Virus record (IMG/VR): IMGVR_UViG_3300040751_003707
Source: an uncultured virus (IMG/VR IMGVR_UViG_3300040751_003707)
Taxonomy: Duplodnaviria > Heunggongvirae > Uroviricota > Caudoviricetes
DNA: 20,000 nt
Reading direction: 5' to 3' (one strand)
In this document: in pieces, positions 1-8,663 of the stretch
How the letters are laid out: each line of letters starts with the position of its first letter
How positions within the stretch are numbered: the stretch's first letter is position 1
Program-made: the position numbers and the translations under genes
Notes under the pieces: model-generated
What the model saw: the letters and a program-made list of their open reading frames with translations, nothing else
The model's database searches: none
Told to the model about the DNA's origin: nothing

Positions 1-2
1 CC

Positions 3-266
3 TTCTTCACAGAGGGTACTTTAAATAGCACACTATTTTTAGGACTTGCCTCAGAGACAGGGGAAGTTCTTGATGAGGTGTTAAAAGTAGAAAGAGTTGA
101 TAAAAACTATGAAGAAAACGTAGAGGCGCTTATATTAGAACTAGGTGATGTTCTTTGGTATGTGGCAATGATTGCAAAAAGACAAGGTTATTCTCTTCAA
201 GAGGTAGCCTGTAAAAACTTTCACAAACTTACAGAAAGAGAGTTAGCTAAAAATGATGAACGTTAA
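3..266 (+). CDS. MazG-like NTP pyrophosphohydrolase (5' end outside window)
   Basis: Frame is open from the window edge. Motifs GLASETGEVLD and LELGDVLWYV are typical of all-alpha MazG-like NTP-PPases. Confidence 0.8.
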   Translation, partial: FFTEGTLNSTLFLGLASETGEVLDEVLKVERVDKNYEENVEALILELGDVLWYVAMIAKRQGYSLQEVACKNFHKLTERELAKNDER

Positions 267-468
267 AATTATTGATCGTGTTGAATGCTACGGTAAACTA
301 TGCGATGATTCAAACTTTGTTATTGTATGTGATGATGAGTACTACGATGCAATTTGGTGTGAAGGAAACCCATACAGTGAAGACGGTACTTTTAGCTCTT
401 GGCGGGAGGTTGTTAAAGCATTGAAAGAGCGTTATCGCACTGATATTATTGAAATTTCTGCTGTATAA
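253..468 (+). CDS. hypothetical protein (71 aa)
   Basis: Overlaps the upstream stop and fits the tightly packed operon. Confidence 0.65.
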   Translation: MMNVKIIDRVECYGKLCDDSNFVIVCDDEYYDAIWCEGNPYSEDGTFSSWREVVKALKERYRTDIIEISAV

Positions 469-492
469 AAATACTTCCGACTAAAGACCAAA
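466..492 (+). promoter_or_regulatory. putative phage-RNAP promoter, copy 1 (predicted +1 G486)
   Basis: TAAAAATACTTCCGACTAAAGACCAAA is intergenic and near-identical to copies at 8206 and 16125. Confidence 0.75.
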
Positions 493-506
493 CAAGAGAG
501 GTTAAG

Positions 507-1259
507 ATGATCGCACTAATAGATGGAGACGTTCTCCTTTACATGGCAATCTGGGATACAGAAAACTTGACTGAAGCAATTGCTAATCTTAATGAAAAAA
601 TTAAAAATGCAAAAGAAGGCTGTTTTGCAGATGAAATTGCAATTGCAGTAGGCGGTCCTAATAATTTCAGAGAAAAGTTATATGACAAATATAAGCTTAC
701 TGCAATCAGGCAAACATCAAGGCTAAACAAGGCTGATTGGTTCGATGAGCTTAAGGCATATCTGTCTTCATTAGAAGAGTCTGTACTTACAGATGGATAT
801 GAGGCTGACGATCTTTTACGGATATGGGCAGCAGTTTTAGCAGAAAGAGGGATCCCTCATGTTGTTGTATCAATTGATAAAGACTTAGACTGTATTGTTG
901 GTAATCATTATGACCCTAAAAAAGATCATATATACAAAGTAGATCAGGAATATGCAACAAGATTCTATTGGAAACAAATTTTAACAGGTGATAGCGTAGA
1001 TAACATCCCCGGTATTGAAGGTGTCGGCCCTAAGACGGCTGAAAAAATTTTGAACGGGCTTTGTACAGAAGAAGAATATAAAGCCGCTGTGTGTAGAGCT
1101 TACTATAAAAAGTACGGATCTGACACAGGGTATAGCAACCTCTTACTAAATGGCAAACTAATTCATATCTGGCGCTATTATGAAGACTACTTCACGCTAG
1201 ATAGGAATTATTACGATGAGGTTAACAAAGAGCAAGATAGGGCATTGGAGATTTCATAA
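507..1259 (+). CDS. 5'-3' exonuclease / flap endonuclease (T7 gp6 / RNase H-like)
   Basis: Motifs LIDGD, YEADD, SIDKDL and H3TH GDSVDNIPGIEGVGPKTA. SD GAGAGG upstream. Confidence 0.92.
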   Translation: MIALIDGDVLLYMAIWDTENLTEAIANLNEKIKNAKEGCFADEIAIAVGGPNNFREKLYDKYKLTAIRQTSRLNKADWFDELKAYLSSLEESVLTDGYEADDLLRIWAAVLAERGIPHVVVSIDKDLDCIVGNHYDPKKDHIYKVDQEYATRFYWKQILTGDSVDNIPGIEGVGPKTAEKILNGLCTEEEYKAAVCRAYYKKYGSDTGYSNLLLNGKLIHIWRYYEDYFTLDRNYYDEVNKEQDRALEIS

Positions 1260-1701
1260 CAAACACCCAAATTACTTTGACAATGAAAAATACTTTGGTT
1301 TTTTATACTGCATAGAAAACAAAATTACCAATCAGTTCTATATAGGTAAAAAGCAATTCTTTCATCATGCAAAACGTTCTTCAAAGTTGCATAACAAAGA
1401 GATGACTTGGAGATCTTACACAAGTTCTTCTTTACATCTAAACAATGCAATCAAAGAGCATGGGAAGAAAAACTTTGACTTCGTTATTATAGACTTATAC
1501 AAAACAAAAGGTGGTCTGTATTACTCAGAAGTTTACTCTCAAGTTGTATTAAGTTGCTTAACAGAAAGGTTAGAAGACGGTATAACCCCCAGGTTTTATA
1601 ATCGTCAAATTGCTGCTGTAAGATTTATACCTAAAGAACCTCCAACAAGTAACACTAAATTGTTTATAAAAGATTTATCAAAAAGGTTAAAGATATGCTA
1701 A
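1216..1701 (+). CDS. GIY-YIG-superfamily endonuclease
   Basis: FGFLYCIENKITNQFYIGKK followed by WRSYTSSS and a C-terminal FYN motif. Confidence 0.7.
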   Translation: MRLTKSKIGHWRFHNKHPNYFDNEKYFGFLYCIENKITNQFYIGKKQFFHHAKRSSKLHNKEMTWRSYTSSSLHLNNAIKEHGKKNFDFVIIDLYKTKGGLYYSEVYSQVVLSCLTERLEDGITPRFYNRQIAAVRFIPKEPPTSNTKLFIKDLSKRLKIC

Positions 1702-1910
1702 TTACAAGGGTCTCAATCCTAACAGGTATTGAAAGAACTATAGACATTGATGCCACAAAAGAACAAATTATTGATTGGGAAAAAGGTAATGGTCTTGTTC
1801 AAGATATCTTCCCAGATCTTACCGCAGATGAGCGAGAGTTTATAATTTCTGGTATTACACTTGATGAGTGGAATGAGAACATTCAAGAAGAAGAGGAAAA
1901 TTATCTTTGA
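1695..1910 (+). CDS. hypothetical protein (71 aa)
   Basis: Overlaps both neighbouring genes; contains FPDLTADEREFIISGIT. Confidence 0.7.
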   Translation: MLITRVSILTGIERTIDIDATKEQIIDWEKGNGLVQDIFPDLTADEREFIISGITLDEWNENIQEEEENYL

Positions 1911-3583
1911 GTAGAATTGTTCAGAAAAATCAACCTTGCGAGAGTTGTGGAAGTTCAGACGCAAAACAGATTTATGAAGACAACTCTGCTTATTGCTTTT
2001 CTTGTAGAAAATACTATAAGAGCGACAATTCAGAAAGTGAAACAGTAGTGGAATCAACAGATAACAAAAAGCAATATAACAAAGCTGCTCTTATCAAAGA
2101 GATTTACGAAAACTACCCCTCTCGTGGTTTTAAAGAAAGAAATATCTATAAAGCTGTAGCAGAGTTGTATGGGGTAAAAGTTAGCTATGATGAATCGGGT
2201 GAGATTGACACACACTATTACCCCTACCGTGTAAATGAAAATGGTCAGCCGGGTGGCTATAAGATTATGGTCGTACCTAAAGACTATAGCTCAAGAGGCT
2301 CAATCGGAACCGTAAAAGGTCTTTTCGGTATGCATCTCTGGAAAGCTGATAAACGTCTTATCATCACAGAAGGTGAAAAAGATTGTATGGCTATCCAGTG
2401 TGCTTACTACAAGAAGTACAAACGTTTCTTCCCTGTTGTGTCACTCCGAGCTTCTACTGCAACAAAAGATCTTGTTGAGATTCGAGACAAACTCCGAGCG
2501 AACTTTAAAGAGATTATTTACTGGCCTGACAACGATGAAGCTGGTGAGAAAGCTAAAAGAGATGTTGCTAAGATTATCGGTTATGACAAGGTAAAAATTG
2601 TCAATGTCTCAGATAAAGATGCAAATGATCTTTGGATCAGAGATCAAGACGCGGTGCTCAATGCTGTATACAATGCTAAGTCTTATACACCAGCAGGCAT
2701 ATTAGATGTAAATCAATTATGGGAACAGCTAGAACAATACAACACTATTGAGTCTCATCCTTATCCAAAAATGATGGACAGGCTAAATGATAAGCTTAAG
2801 GGGATGAGGCTTGGCGAGATTACCCTCTGGACATCCGGTACAGGTTCTGGCAAGTCTACTTTACTTAGAGAAATTGCTTTGCACCTTCTTGAAACAACCG
2901 ATGAAAAGGTTGGTATTGTATCTCTTGAAGAGTCTCCTGCAGAGACTGCAAGAAAGCTTTCTGGTATGCATCTTATGAAGAACCCCGCTAAAGACGAAAT
3001 ACCTCTGGATGAACTCAAAGAAGGTTTTGACAGTGTATTCGGCGATGGCAGAGTTATGGTTCTTGATCACCACGGTTCTGTTAATGATGAATCTATCATT
3101 GACTTCTTAGAGTTTATGTGCCTAAGTGATGTAAAGTATATCTTTGTTGATCACATCACGATTCTTGCCTCTGAGGGTATGCATGGATTGACAGGAAATG
3201 AAGCAATTGATAAAATCATGAATGAACTTCTAAGAATTGCAAAAAAGTACAACGTATGGATTGGACTTATCTCTCATTTAAGAAAAGTTGAAAGTGGTAA
3301 ATCATTTGAAGACGGTAAGTTACCCACAATTGACGATATCCGAGGATCAGGTTCTATCAAACAAATTAGTTTTGATATCATTGCTTTTGCAAGAAACCTA
3401 AGTGCAGCAGATGAAACTGAAAGAAACACAATTAAAACAAAAGTATTGAAATGCCGTTATACAGGTCTTACAGGACCAACCGGTACACTGATTTATAACT
3501 ATAACACAGGGCGTCTTGAGTATGGAAATGACTTCGAAGAGTTTACACCAGCGCCTTCTTACAATGAAAATAAGAGATTTTAA
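1907..3583 (+). CDS. T7 gp4-like DNA primase-helicase
   Basis: Zn ribbon CESCGSSD..YCFSC, TOPRIM motifs ITEGEKD and PDNDEAG, Walker A GTGSGKST, SF4 motifs FVDHI and RGSGSIKQ. TTG start with SD AGAGG. Confidence 0.95.
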   Translation: MSRIVQKNQPCESCGSSDAKQIYEDNSAYCFSCRKYYKSDNSESETVVESTDNKKQYNKAALIKEIYENYPSRGFKERNIYKAVAELYGVKVSYDESGEIDTHYYPYRVNENGQPGGYKIMVVPKDYSSRGSIGTVKGLFGMHLWKADKRLIITEGEKDCMAIQCAYYKKYKRFFPVVSLRASTATKDLVEIRDKLRANFKEIIYWPDNDEAGEKAKRDVAKIIGYDKVKIVNVSDKDANDLWIRDQDAVLNAVYNAKSYTPAGILDVNQLWEQLEQYNTIESHPYPKMMDRLNDKLKGMRLGEITLWTSGTGSGKSTLLREIALHLLETTDEKVGIVSLEESPAETARKLSGMHLMKNPAKDEIPLDELKEGFDSVFGDGRVMVLDHHGSVNDESIIDFLEFMCLSDVKYIFVDHITILASEGMHGLTGNEAIDKIMNELLRIAKKYNVWIGLISHLRKVESGKSFEDGKLPTIDDIRGSGSIKQISFDIIAFARNLSAADETERNTIKTKVLKCRYTGLTGPTGTLIYNYNTGRLEYGNDFEEFTPAPSYNENKRF

Positions 3584-3594
3584 AGGATACTACT

Positions 3595-3804
3595 ATGAGT
3601 GAACAAGAATTCGTAATTGCGCTAATGTCAAGCATTATTATTAAAACAAAGCGTGAGATTGAGCTAACAAGCTATGAAAAAAGCTTCTTAAAAGAGCTTG
3701 AATCAAACTTTGATGGTTTAGATGAAGAAAAGCAAAATAATCTGCTACTCATCACTGAGCTTGTTGAATTTAAAGCAGCGGAAGATCGGGGTGAGGTTCA
3801 GTAA
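3595..3804 (+). CDS. hypothetical protein
   Basis: SD AAGGA and operon packing. Confidence 0.65.
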   Translation: MSEQEFVIALMSSIIIKTKREIELTSYEKSFLKELESNFDGLDEEKQNNLLLITELVEFKAAEDRGEVQ

Positions 3805-4070
3805 TGAACTTCTTTCCGACAGAACTCCCCGGCAAGCTTGCTAGGGCGTGGTCTTATTTTAACGAGTTTATTCTTAAAGTAAACCTAAAAACAGAAGATG
3901 CTTTCATTCGCTTTATCAACTCCGAAGACATCAAGAAAAAGTTCTCAGAAGAAGAACGAGAAGCATTACTTGCTTGGTGGTCAGCAGAAAACGATATTGA
4001 AGAAGAAGAAGAAGTATCAGTCGAAGAAACTCCACAAGTTAGCGAAGAACATACACCTGCTTGGTATTAA
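3804..4070 (+). CDS. hypothetical protein with acidic tail
   Basis: TAATG stop-start overlap; SD GAGG. Confidence 0.65.
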   Translation: MNFFPTELPGKLARAWSYFNEFILKVNLKTEDAFIRFINSEDIKKKFSEEEREALLAWWSAENDIEEEEEVSVEETPQVSEEHTPAWY

Positions 4071-4098
4071 CATATAAAAATAATAGGGGGAACCTATA

Positions 4099-5976
4099 AT
4101 GCTACTAGATAACTATCAATCTTTTATCCATTTATCTAGATACTCTAGGTTTATGGAAGAAGAAAACCGTCGAGAAACTTTTGAAGAAACGATCAGTCGA
4201 TACGTTAACTTCTGGCGTAACAACAAAAATTTGTCAAATATCATTTCTAAAGAAGAGTTTGACGAGCTACAAAAAGCAATTAATAACCTTGAAGTCATGC
4301 CCTCTATGCGAGCACTATGGAGTGCAGGTGATGCTCTTGCACAGAACAACTTCAGAGGTTATAACTGTAGCTTTGTAGCAATGGATCATATCCGTGCCTT
4401 TGATGAAATTCTCTACATTCTTATGGCGGGTACAGGCGTAGGGTTCTCAGCTGAATCGCACCACGTTAACAAGCTACCGATTGTAAATGATAACTTTAAT
4501 GAAACTGACAGAGTAATCACTATCGGTGACAGTTCAGAGGGTTGGGCAAAAGCTCTTCGGAAGCTTATTGCAGAGCTTTACCTTGGTAACATCCACCAAT
4601 GGGATTACAGCAAAATCCGTCCTGAAGGTGCAAGACTTAAGACAATGGGTGGTAGAGCTTCAGGTCCAGAACCGCTTAAAGACTTGTTCGAGTTTGTAAC
4701 AAACAAATTTAGGAAAGCTGCTGGTAGAAAGCTAACTCCGATCGAAGTGCATGACATTGTTTGTAAGATTGCAGAAATTGTTGTTGTAGGTGGTGTTCGC
4801 CGTTCAGCGCTTATTTCCCTTTCTGATATTGGTGATGCAGAGATCCGTGATTGCAAAAGCGGAAGTTGGTTTAAAACAGAACTACAACGTGCTCTTGCCA
4901 ATAACTCCGGCGCTTACGATTCAAAACCAACCATGGCTGTGTTTATGGAAGAGTGGATTGCTCTTATGAAGTCTGGCTCTGGTGAACGCGGCATTTATAA
5001 TCGAAATGGTGCTCAGGCAATGGCCCCTGCACGCCGAGACGGTTCTAAAATTGAAGGTTGTAACCCTTGCGCAGAGATTCAACTACGGTCTGGTCAGCTT
5101 TGTAACTTAACTGAAGTTGTCTGTAGACCCGGTGATACCCTTGGTGATCTGAAACGTAAAGTCCGAATTGCAACTATCCTTGGTACACTTCAGTCAACTC
5201 TTACTGACTTTAAGTATGTACGCAAGATCTGGCAAACTAACTGTGAAGAGGAACGGCTACTTGGTGTTTCACTTACTGGTATTCAAGATTGTGAGCTTCT
5301 TCAGAATCCCGACCCAGAACACTTAGAGGCTCTTAAGGAAGTAGCTATTGATGTGAATAAGGTTTATGCAGAACGGCTTGGGATTAATCCAGCTACAGCA
5401 ATCACAACTGTTAAACCTTCTGGTACTGTATCTCAGCTTGTTGATTCTGCTTCTGGTATTCATGGTCGCTTTTCTAAGCACTATATCCGTGCTGTAAGAC
5501 AAGCAAATTCAGACCCGCTTACACAAATGCTAATCGATCAAGGTGTACCACATGAACCGGATGTGACAAACCCACTTAAGACGACTGTATTTTACTTCCC
5601 AATCAGTTCTCCTGATTCTGCTGTTCTAGCTAATGAGCAAGGTGCTATTAAGCAACTAGAGAACTGGAAAATTTTCCAAAAACATTGGTCTGAACATTCT
5701 GTTTCTGTAACCATCTACGTAAAAGAACATGAGTGGCTGTCTGTGGGGGCGTGGGTATACGAAAACTTCGAGTATATCACAGGGGTATCGTTCTTACCTT
5801 ATGATGACCACGTATATGCTCAGGCACCATACTCACCGTGTAATGAAAGGAAATATCGTGCTGTTCTTGAAGCAATGCCATCAATCGACTTCTCAAAACT
5901 TTCAGATTACGAGCATGAAGACAATACTGAAGGTGCGCAAACCCTTGCATGTTCTGCCGGTGGTTGTGAGATTTAA
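4099..5976 (+). CDS. nrdJ: class II (adenosylcobalamin-dependent) ribonucleotide reductase, monomeric type
   Basis: Motifs PSMR, GYNC, VGGVRRSALI, NPCAEI, TVKPSGT and C-terminal CSAGGCEI. 625 aa, with no NrdB in the window. Confidence 0.92.
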   Translation: MLLDNYQSFIHLSRYSRFMEEENRRETFEETISRYVNFWRNNKNLSNIISKEEFDELQKAINNLEVMPSMRALWSAGDALAQNNFRGYNCSFVAMDHIRAFDEILYILMAGTGVGFSAESHHVNKLPIVNDNFNETDRVITIGDSSEGWAKALRKLIAELYLGNIHQWDYSKIRPEGARLKTMGGRASGPEPLKDLFEFVTNKFRKAAGRKLTPIEVHDIVCKIAEIVVVGGVRRSALISLSDIGDAEIRDCKSGSWFKTELQRALANNSGAYDSKPTMAVFMEEWIALMKSGSGERGIYNRNGAQAMAPARRDGSKIEGCNPCAEIQLRSGQLCNLTEVVCRPGDTLGDLKRKVRIATILGTLQSTLTDFKYVRKIWQTNCEEERLLGVSLTGIQDCELLQNPDPEHLEALKEVAIDVNKVYAERLGINPATAITTVKPSGTVSQLVDSASGIHGRFSKHYIRAVRQANSDPLTQMLIDQGVPHEPDVTNPLKTTVFYFPISSPDSAVLANEQGAIKQLENWKIFQKHWSEHSVSVTIYVKEHEWLSVGAWVYENFEYITGVSFLPYDDHVYAQAPYSPCNERKYRAVLEAMPSIDFSKLSDYEHEDNTEGAQTLACSAGGCEI

Positions 5977-5988
5977 GGAGCATCTATA

Positions 5989-6108
5989 ATGAACAAGAAA
6001 AGTAACAAAGTAATCTTTAGTAGTTCCCGTAAACGAACCTCTATCGGCGGTAACAAGCGTAAAACATCTTCCATGAATAAACATAAACGGAGGATGTCTA
6101 AGGGATGA
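5989..6108 (+). CDS. small basic protein (39 aa), missed by ORF track
   Basis: SD AAGGAG; translates to MNKKSNKVIFSSSRKRTSIGGNKRKTSSMNKHKRRMSKG; ATGA overlap with the next gene. Confidence 0.7.
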   Translation: MNKKSNKVIFSSSRKRTSIGGNKRKTSSMNKHKRRMSKG

Positions 6109-6386
6109 AAACCTTAGAAGAGGTTATAAGTACTCATAATGAAATTGTCTTTGAGATTAACAATAAACTCTCTAAAGAACAATTAGTATTGAATTCAGAA
6201 AAAGAAGAGAAAGTAGAAGAAGAAATGAGCAATACCGTTAACACAAATAAACAAGACATTGCAAAACTAGTAGGAACAATTACCGGTTATATTCTAGGTC
6301 GAGTTTTAGTTTATCTCTTAGGTTTAGGTATCCTTTGGGTTAATCTCTGGGTACTTACACAGTTGGGGTGGTTGCCATTTCAATGA
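6105..6386 (+). CDS. hypothetical membrane protein
   Basis: C-terminal hydrophobic segment; ATGA-coupled on both sides. Confidence 0.65.
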   Translation: MKTLEEVISTHNEIVFEINNKLSKEQLVLNSEKEEKVEEEMSNTVNTNKQDIAKLVGTITGYILGRVLVYLLGLGILWVNLWVLTQLGWLPFQ

Positions 6387-6775
6387 TAGACACTGTTATG
6401 AAGAAGCTACTTAAGATAGCAGAAAAGGTTGAGCCTGTCTCGAAGGCGCGGTTAGCCGCCGCTATCTTATACAAAAAGAAAATTGTATCTGTCGGAACAA
6501 ATAAATACAAAACACATCCGATTATGTACAAGTTCAAGAAAAACGATCAGGCAATATTTCTACATGCTGAAGTAGACGCTATCGTTAAAGCTTCAAAGAA
6601 GTTGACAGAAAAGCAAATGGGAAAAGCAGAGCTTATCGTTGTTAGAGTACTTAATGACGGTACGCCTGCTATTTCTAAACCTTGTGATGGTTGTAAGCTT
6701 TGTATAAGCGATTACAACATTAAAAAAACTTACTATATAAAGGAAAACGGATGTCTAACAAGTGCGAACCTATGA
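6383..6775 (+). CDS. zinc-dependent cytidine/dCMP deaminase-family protein
   Basis: LHAE...SKPCDGC zinc motif. ATG 6383 overlaps the upstream TGA. Confidence 0.85.
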   Translation: MIDTVMKKLLKIAEKVEPVSKARLAAAILYKKKIVSVGTNKYKTHPIMYKFKKNDQAIFLHAEVDAIVKASKKLTEKQMGKAELIVVRVLNDGTPAISKPCDGCKLCISDYNIKKTYYIKENGCLTSANL

Positions 6776-7023
6776 GATACTTAGTAATTGGAAAAAACAA
6801 CTGTCGATTTTGTAAAGCAGTTATCGAAGAACTAGATCAAACAGGTAAAGAATACCTTTATAAAAACTTATCTGAAATGGATGATCTTGAGTACTTCTTT
6901 TGGGAAACGTTCTTAAAAGAAGATTTATCAGCTACAACCGTGCCAGTTGTTTTCAAGATTGTTGGAGGTTATGAAGAACTAATGCTAGAGAAATTAAAAG
7001 ATGACAACAAAAAATACCAATAA
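6751..7023 (+). CDS. glutaredoxin-like protein
   Basis: CRFC active site, TVPVVF cis-Pro motif and VGGYEEL; near nrdJ. Confidence 0.85.
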   Translation: MSNKCEPMRYLVIGKNNCRFCKAVIEELDQTGKEYLYKNLSEMDDLEYFFWETFLKEDLSATTVPVVFKIVGGYEELMLEKLKDDNKKYQ

Positions 7024-7426
7024 AAAGAGGGGACGTCCCCGAAAAAGACCACCTATTGAAAATCCAGTAGAAGAAGCATCAAGTGTGTTTTCTAAAGCTT
7101 TCAGCGAAATTCGTGTATTTTCTGTCTATGGTTTAGATGAGTATACAGAGTATCTTATCAAGACAATGTACAAAGATCCTCAGATTGATATCATCTTTGC
7201 TACAGATCCAGACGAAAGTAAACTTGCTAACTTTAACAGGTATATGTCTGGATTGAAGTTTTCACTTTACAGGTGGGGAGCTTTGTCTCATAAGGGGTTT
7301 GTAGAGGAACCTCCAACAAGTGTAATGGTAGTCTCTAAAGAACACTTTGAAAACGTAATGTCAAGGCTAAAGTATGATATTGAAATTGTAGTATTAGAAG
7401 AGCTTCTTAATTATGCAAAACAATAA
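7001..7426 (+). CDS. hypothetical protein with AT-hook-like KRGRPRKR motif
   Basis: 141-aa ORF with a basic N-terminus. Confidence 0.65.
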   Translation: MTTKNTNKKRGRPRKRPPIENPVEEASSVFSKAFSEIRVFSVYGLDEYTEYLIKTMYKDPQIDIIFATDPDESKLANFNRYMSGLKFSLYRWGALSHKGFVEEPPTSVMVVSKEHFENVMSRLKYDIEIVVLEELLNYAKQ

Positions 7427-7643
7427 TGAAGATTATGAAGGCTTTATCCCTTATAACCAACATCTATCTATGATCTTTGTAGAAGTTGTAGGTTTAGATA
7501 AAAGTACAGAAGATGGATTTTCTGACATCCTTGTAGTAAGATATGAAGATGAAGAATACGATCTTTATTGGGATAGTTATAACTTTTACTACAAAGGCTC
7601 TATCAAACATAATGGAAAACTAATAGAAGGGTTTATTCCATGA
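7413..7643 (+). CDS. hypothetical protein
   Basis: Overlapping operon packing. Confidence 0.65.
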   Translation: MQNNNEDYEGFIPYNQHLSMIFVEVVGLDKSTEDGFSDILVVRYEDEEYDLYWDSYNFYYKGSIKHNGKLIEGFIP

Positions 7644-7876
7644 GCAAGATTCAAGAATACTTAATTCGTCTAGCCCATGAAAACTGTATTGTACGTTTTG
7701 TAAAATATGTAAGTACATGGTCTGATCATAGGCGGGTTATCAAAGAGCTTAATTTGCTTTCGGATCGTGAACTAAACGATATTGGGATTAGCAGGTATCA
7801 AATTGACAGTCTACTTTTTAGGAAGTCAGACAGAGAACTACGTCAACACCTCTATAACTTCGAAAAGGAAAATTGA
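7640..7876 (+). CDS. DUF1127-family small protein
   Basis: RRVIKELNLLSDRELNDIGISRYQI matches the DUF1127 signature (L..LSDxxLxDIGlsR). Confidence 0.85.
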   Translation: MSKIQEYLIRLAHENCIVRFVKYVSTWSDHRRVIKELNLLSDRELNDIGISRYQIDSLLFRKSDRELRQHLYNFEKEN

Positions 7877-7877
7877 T

Positions 7878-8207
7878 ATGAAAAAACTACTGATGTCCCT
7901 TGTTATGGCTGCAACTGTATTCTCTTGCGCACCAAGCTATGCACAAGAAGAAGACCAGCTTTGCACAATGCTTGGCGCTGCGGCTAATCAGATTATGACT
8001 GATCGTCAAGAAGGAGTCCCGATGGATTCTCAACTGGCTAGGGTAGACGCTGTTTCACTGAACAGCCCTACTGCTCGTTCGCTTCTATATACCCTTGTAA
8101 TTACGGCCTATCAGGTTCCGCGTGTTGTTACAAGGGAAGATCAAGCTGAAGTTTCTCTTCAATTTCAAGAACTTGTAGAAGAAACTTGTTTTGGGGAAGT
8201 GTCATAA
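7878..8207 (+). CDS. secreted hypothetical protein
   Basis: SD AAGGA before ATG 7878; signal peptide MKKLLMSLVMAATVFSCAPSYA. Confidence 0.75.
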   Translation: MKKLLMSLVMAATVFSCAPSYAQEEDQLCTMLGAAANQIMTDRQEGVPMDSQLARVDAVSLNSPTARSLLYTLVITAYQVPRVVTREDQAEVSLQFQELVEETCFGEVS

Positions 8208-8232
8208 AAAACACTTCCGACTAATGACCAAA
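8206..8232 (+). promoter_or_regulatory. putative phage-RNAP promoter, copy 2 (predicted +1 G8226)
   Basis: AAAAAACACTTCCGACTAATGACCAAA, upstream of the HNH/tRNA cluster. Confidence 0.75.
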
Positions 8233-8255
8233 GGTCTATTTTTGAATTCTCCTTG

Positions 8256-8283
8256 ACTCCTAAGCATGAGTAAAAACTGCTTA
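8256..8283 (+). promoter_or_regulatory. H-type RNA pseudoknot upstream of HNH RBS
   Basis: S1 ACTC 8256-8259 / GAGT 8268-8271; S2 TAAGCA 8261-8266 / TGCTTA 8278-8283. Confidence 0.55.
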
Positions 8284-8298
8284 CATAAAGGGTAATCT

Positions 8299-8658
8299 AT
8301 GAAAGTATGTACAACATGTAATATTGAAAAACCATTAGACTTGTTTTACAAACAGAAAAACAGAAAAAAATCAGTAATGTCTCAATGCAAGTCTTGCTCG
8401 AATAAAAAGCAAAAAGAACGTAGAGAGTACTTAACTAAAATAGTAAAAAGATACAAATTACTAAAAGGTTGTGAGTTTTGTGGATATAGAGATCATTTTT
8501 CTGCTTTACATCTAGATCATCTAGACCCAAGCAAAAAATTTAAAGCATTGTCTAGAATGCAAACCTATTCAAAATCTCGGATAAAAGAAGAAATAAGAAA
8601 ATGTAGAGTATTGTGTGCAAACTGTCACGCTGTTTATACATTTTATCAACAAAAATAA
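8299..8658 (+). CDS. free-standing HNH endonuclease with N-terminal CxxC module
   Basis: GCEFCG...LHLDHLDP...CRVLCANCH, plus N-terminal CTTCNIEKP..QCKSC. Confidence 0.88.
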   Translation: MKVCTTCNIEKPLDLFYKQKNRKKSVMSQCKSCSNKKQKERREYLTKIVKRYKLLKGCEFCGYRDHFSALHLDHLDPSKKFKALSRMQTYSKSRIKEEIRKCRVLCANCHAVYTFYQQK

Positions 8659-8663
8659 ATTTT

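Noticed and set aside
1907..5976. Inteins or introns in the helicase or RNR, or a cobalamin riboswitch before nrdJ
   Set aside because: Protein lengths and motif spacing look normal, and only 28 nt separate nrdJ from the upstream gene.
8256..8283. preQ1-I riboswitch
   Set aside because: The overall topology is similar, but the loop and tail do not match the preQ1-I consensus as I recall it, and the downstream gene is an HNH nuclease rather than a queuosine gene.
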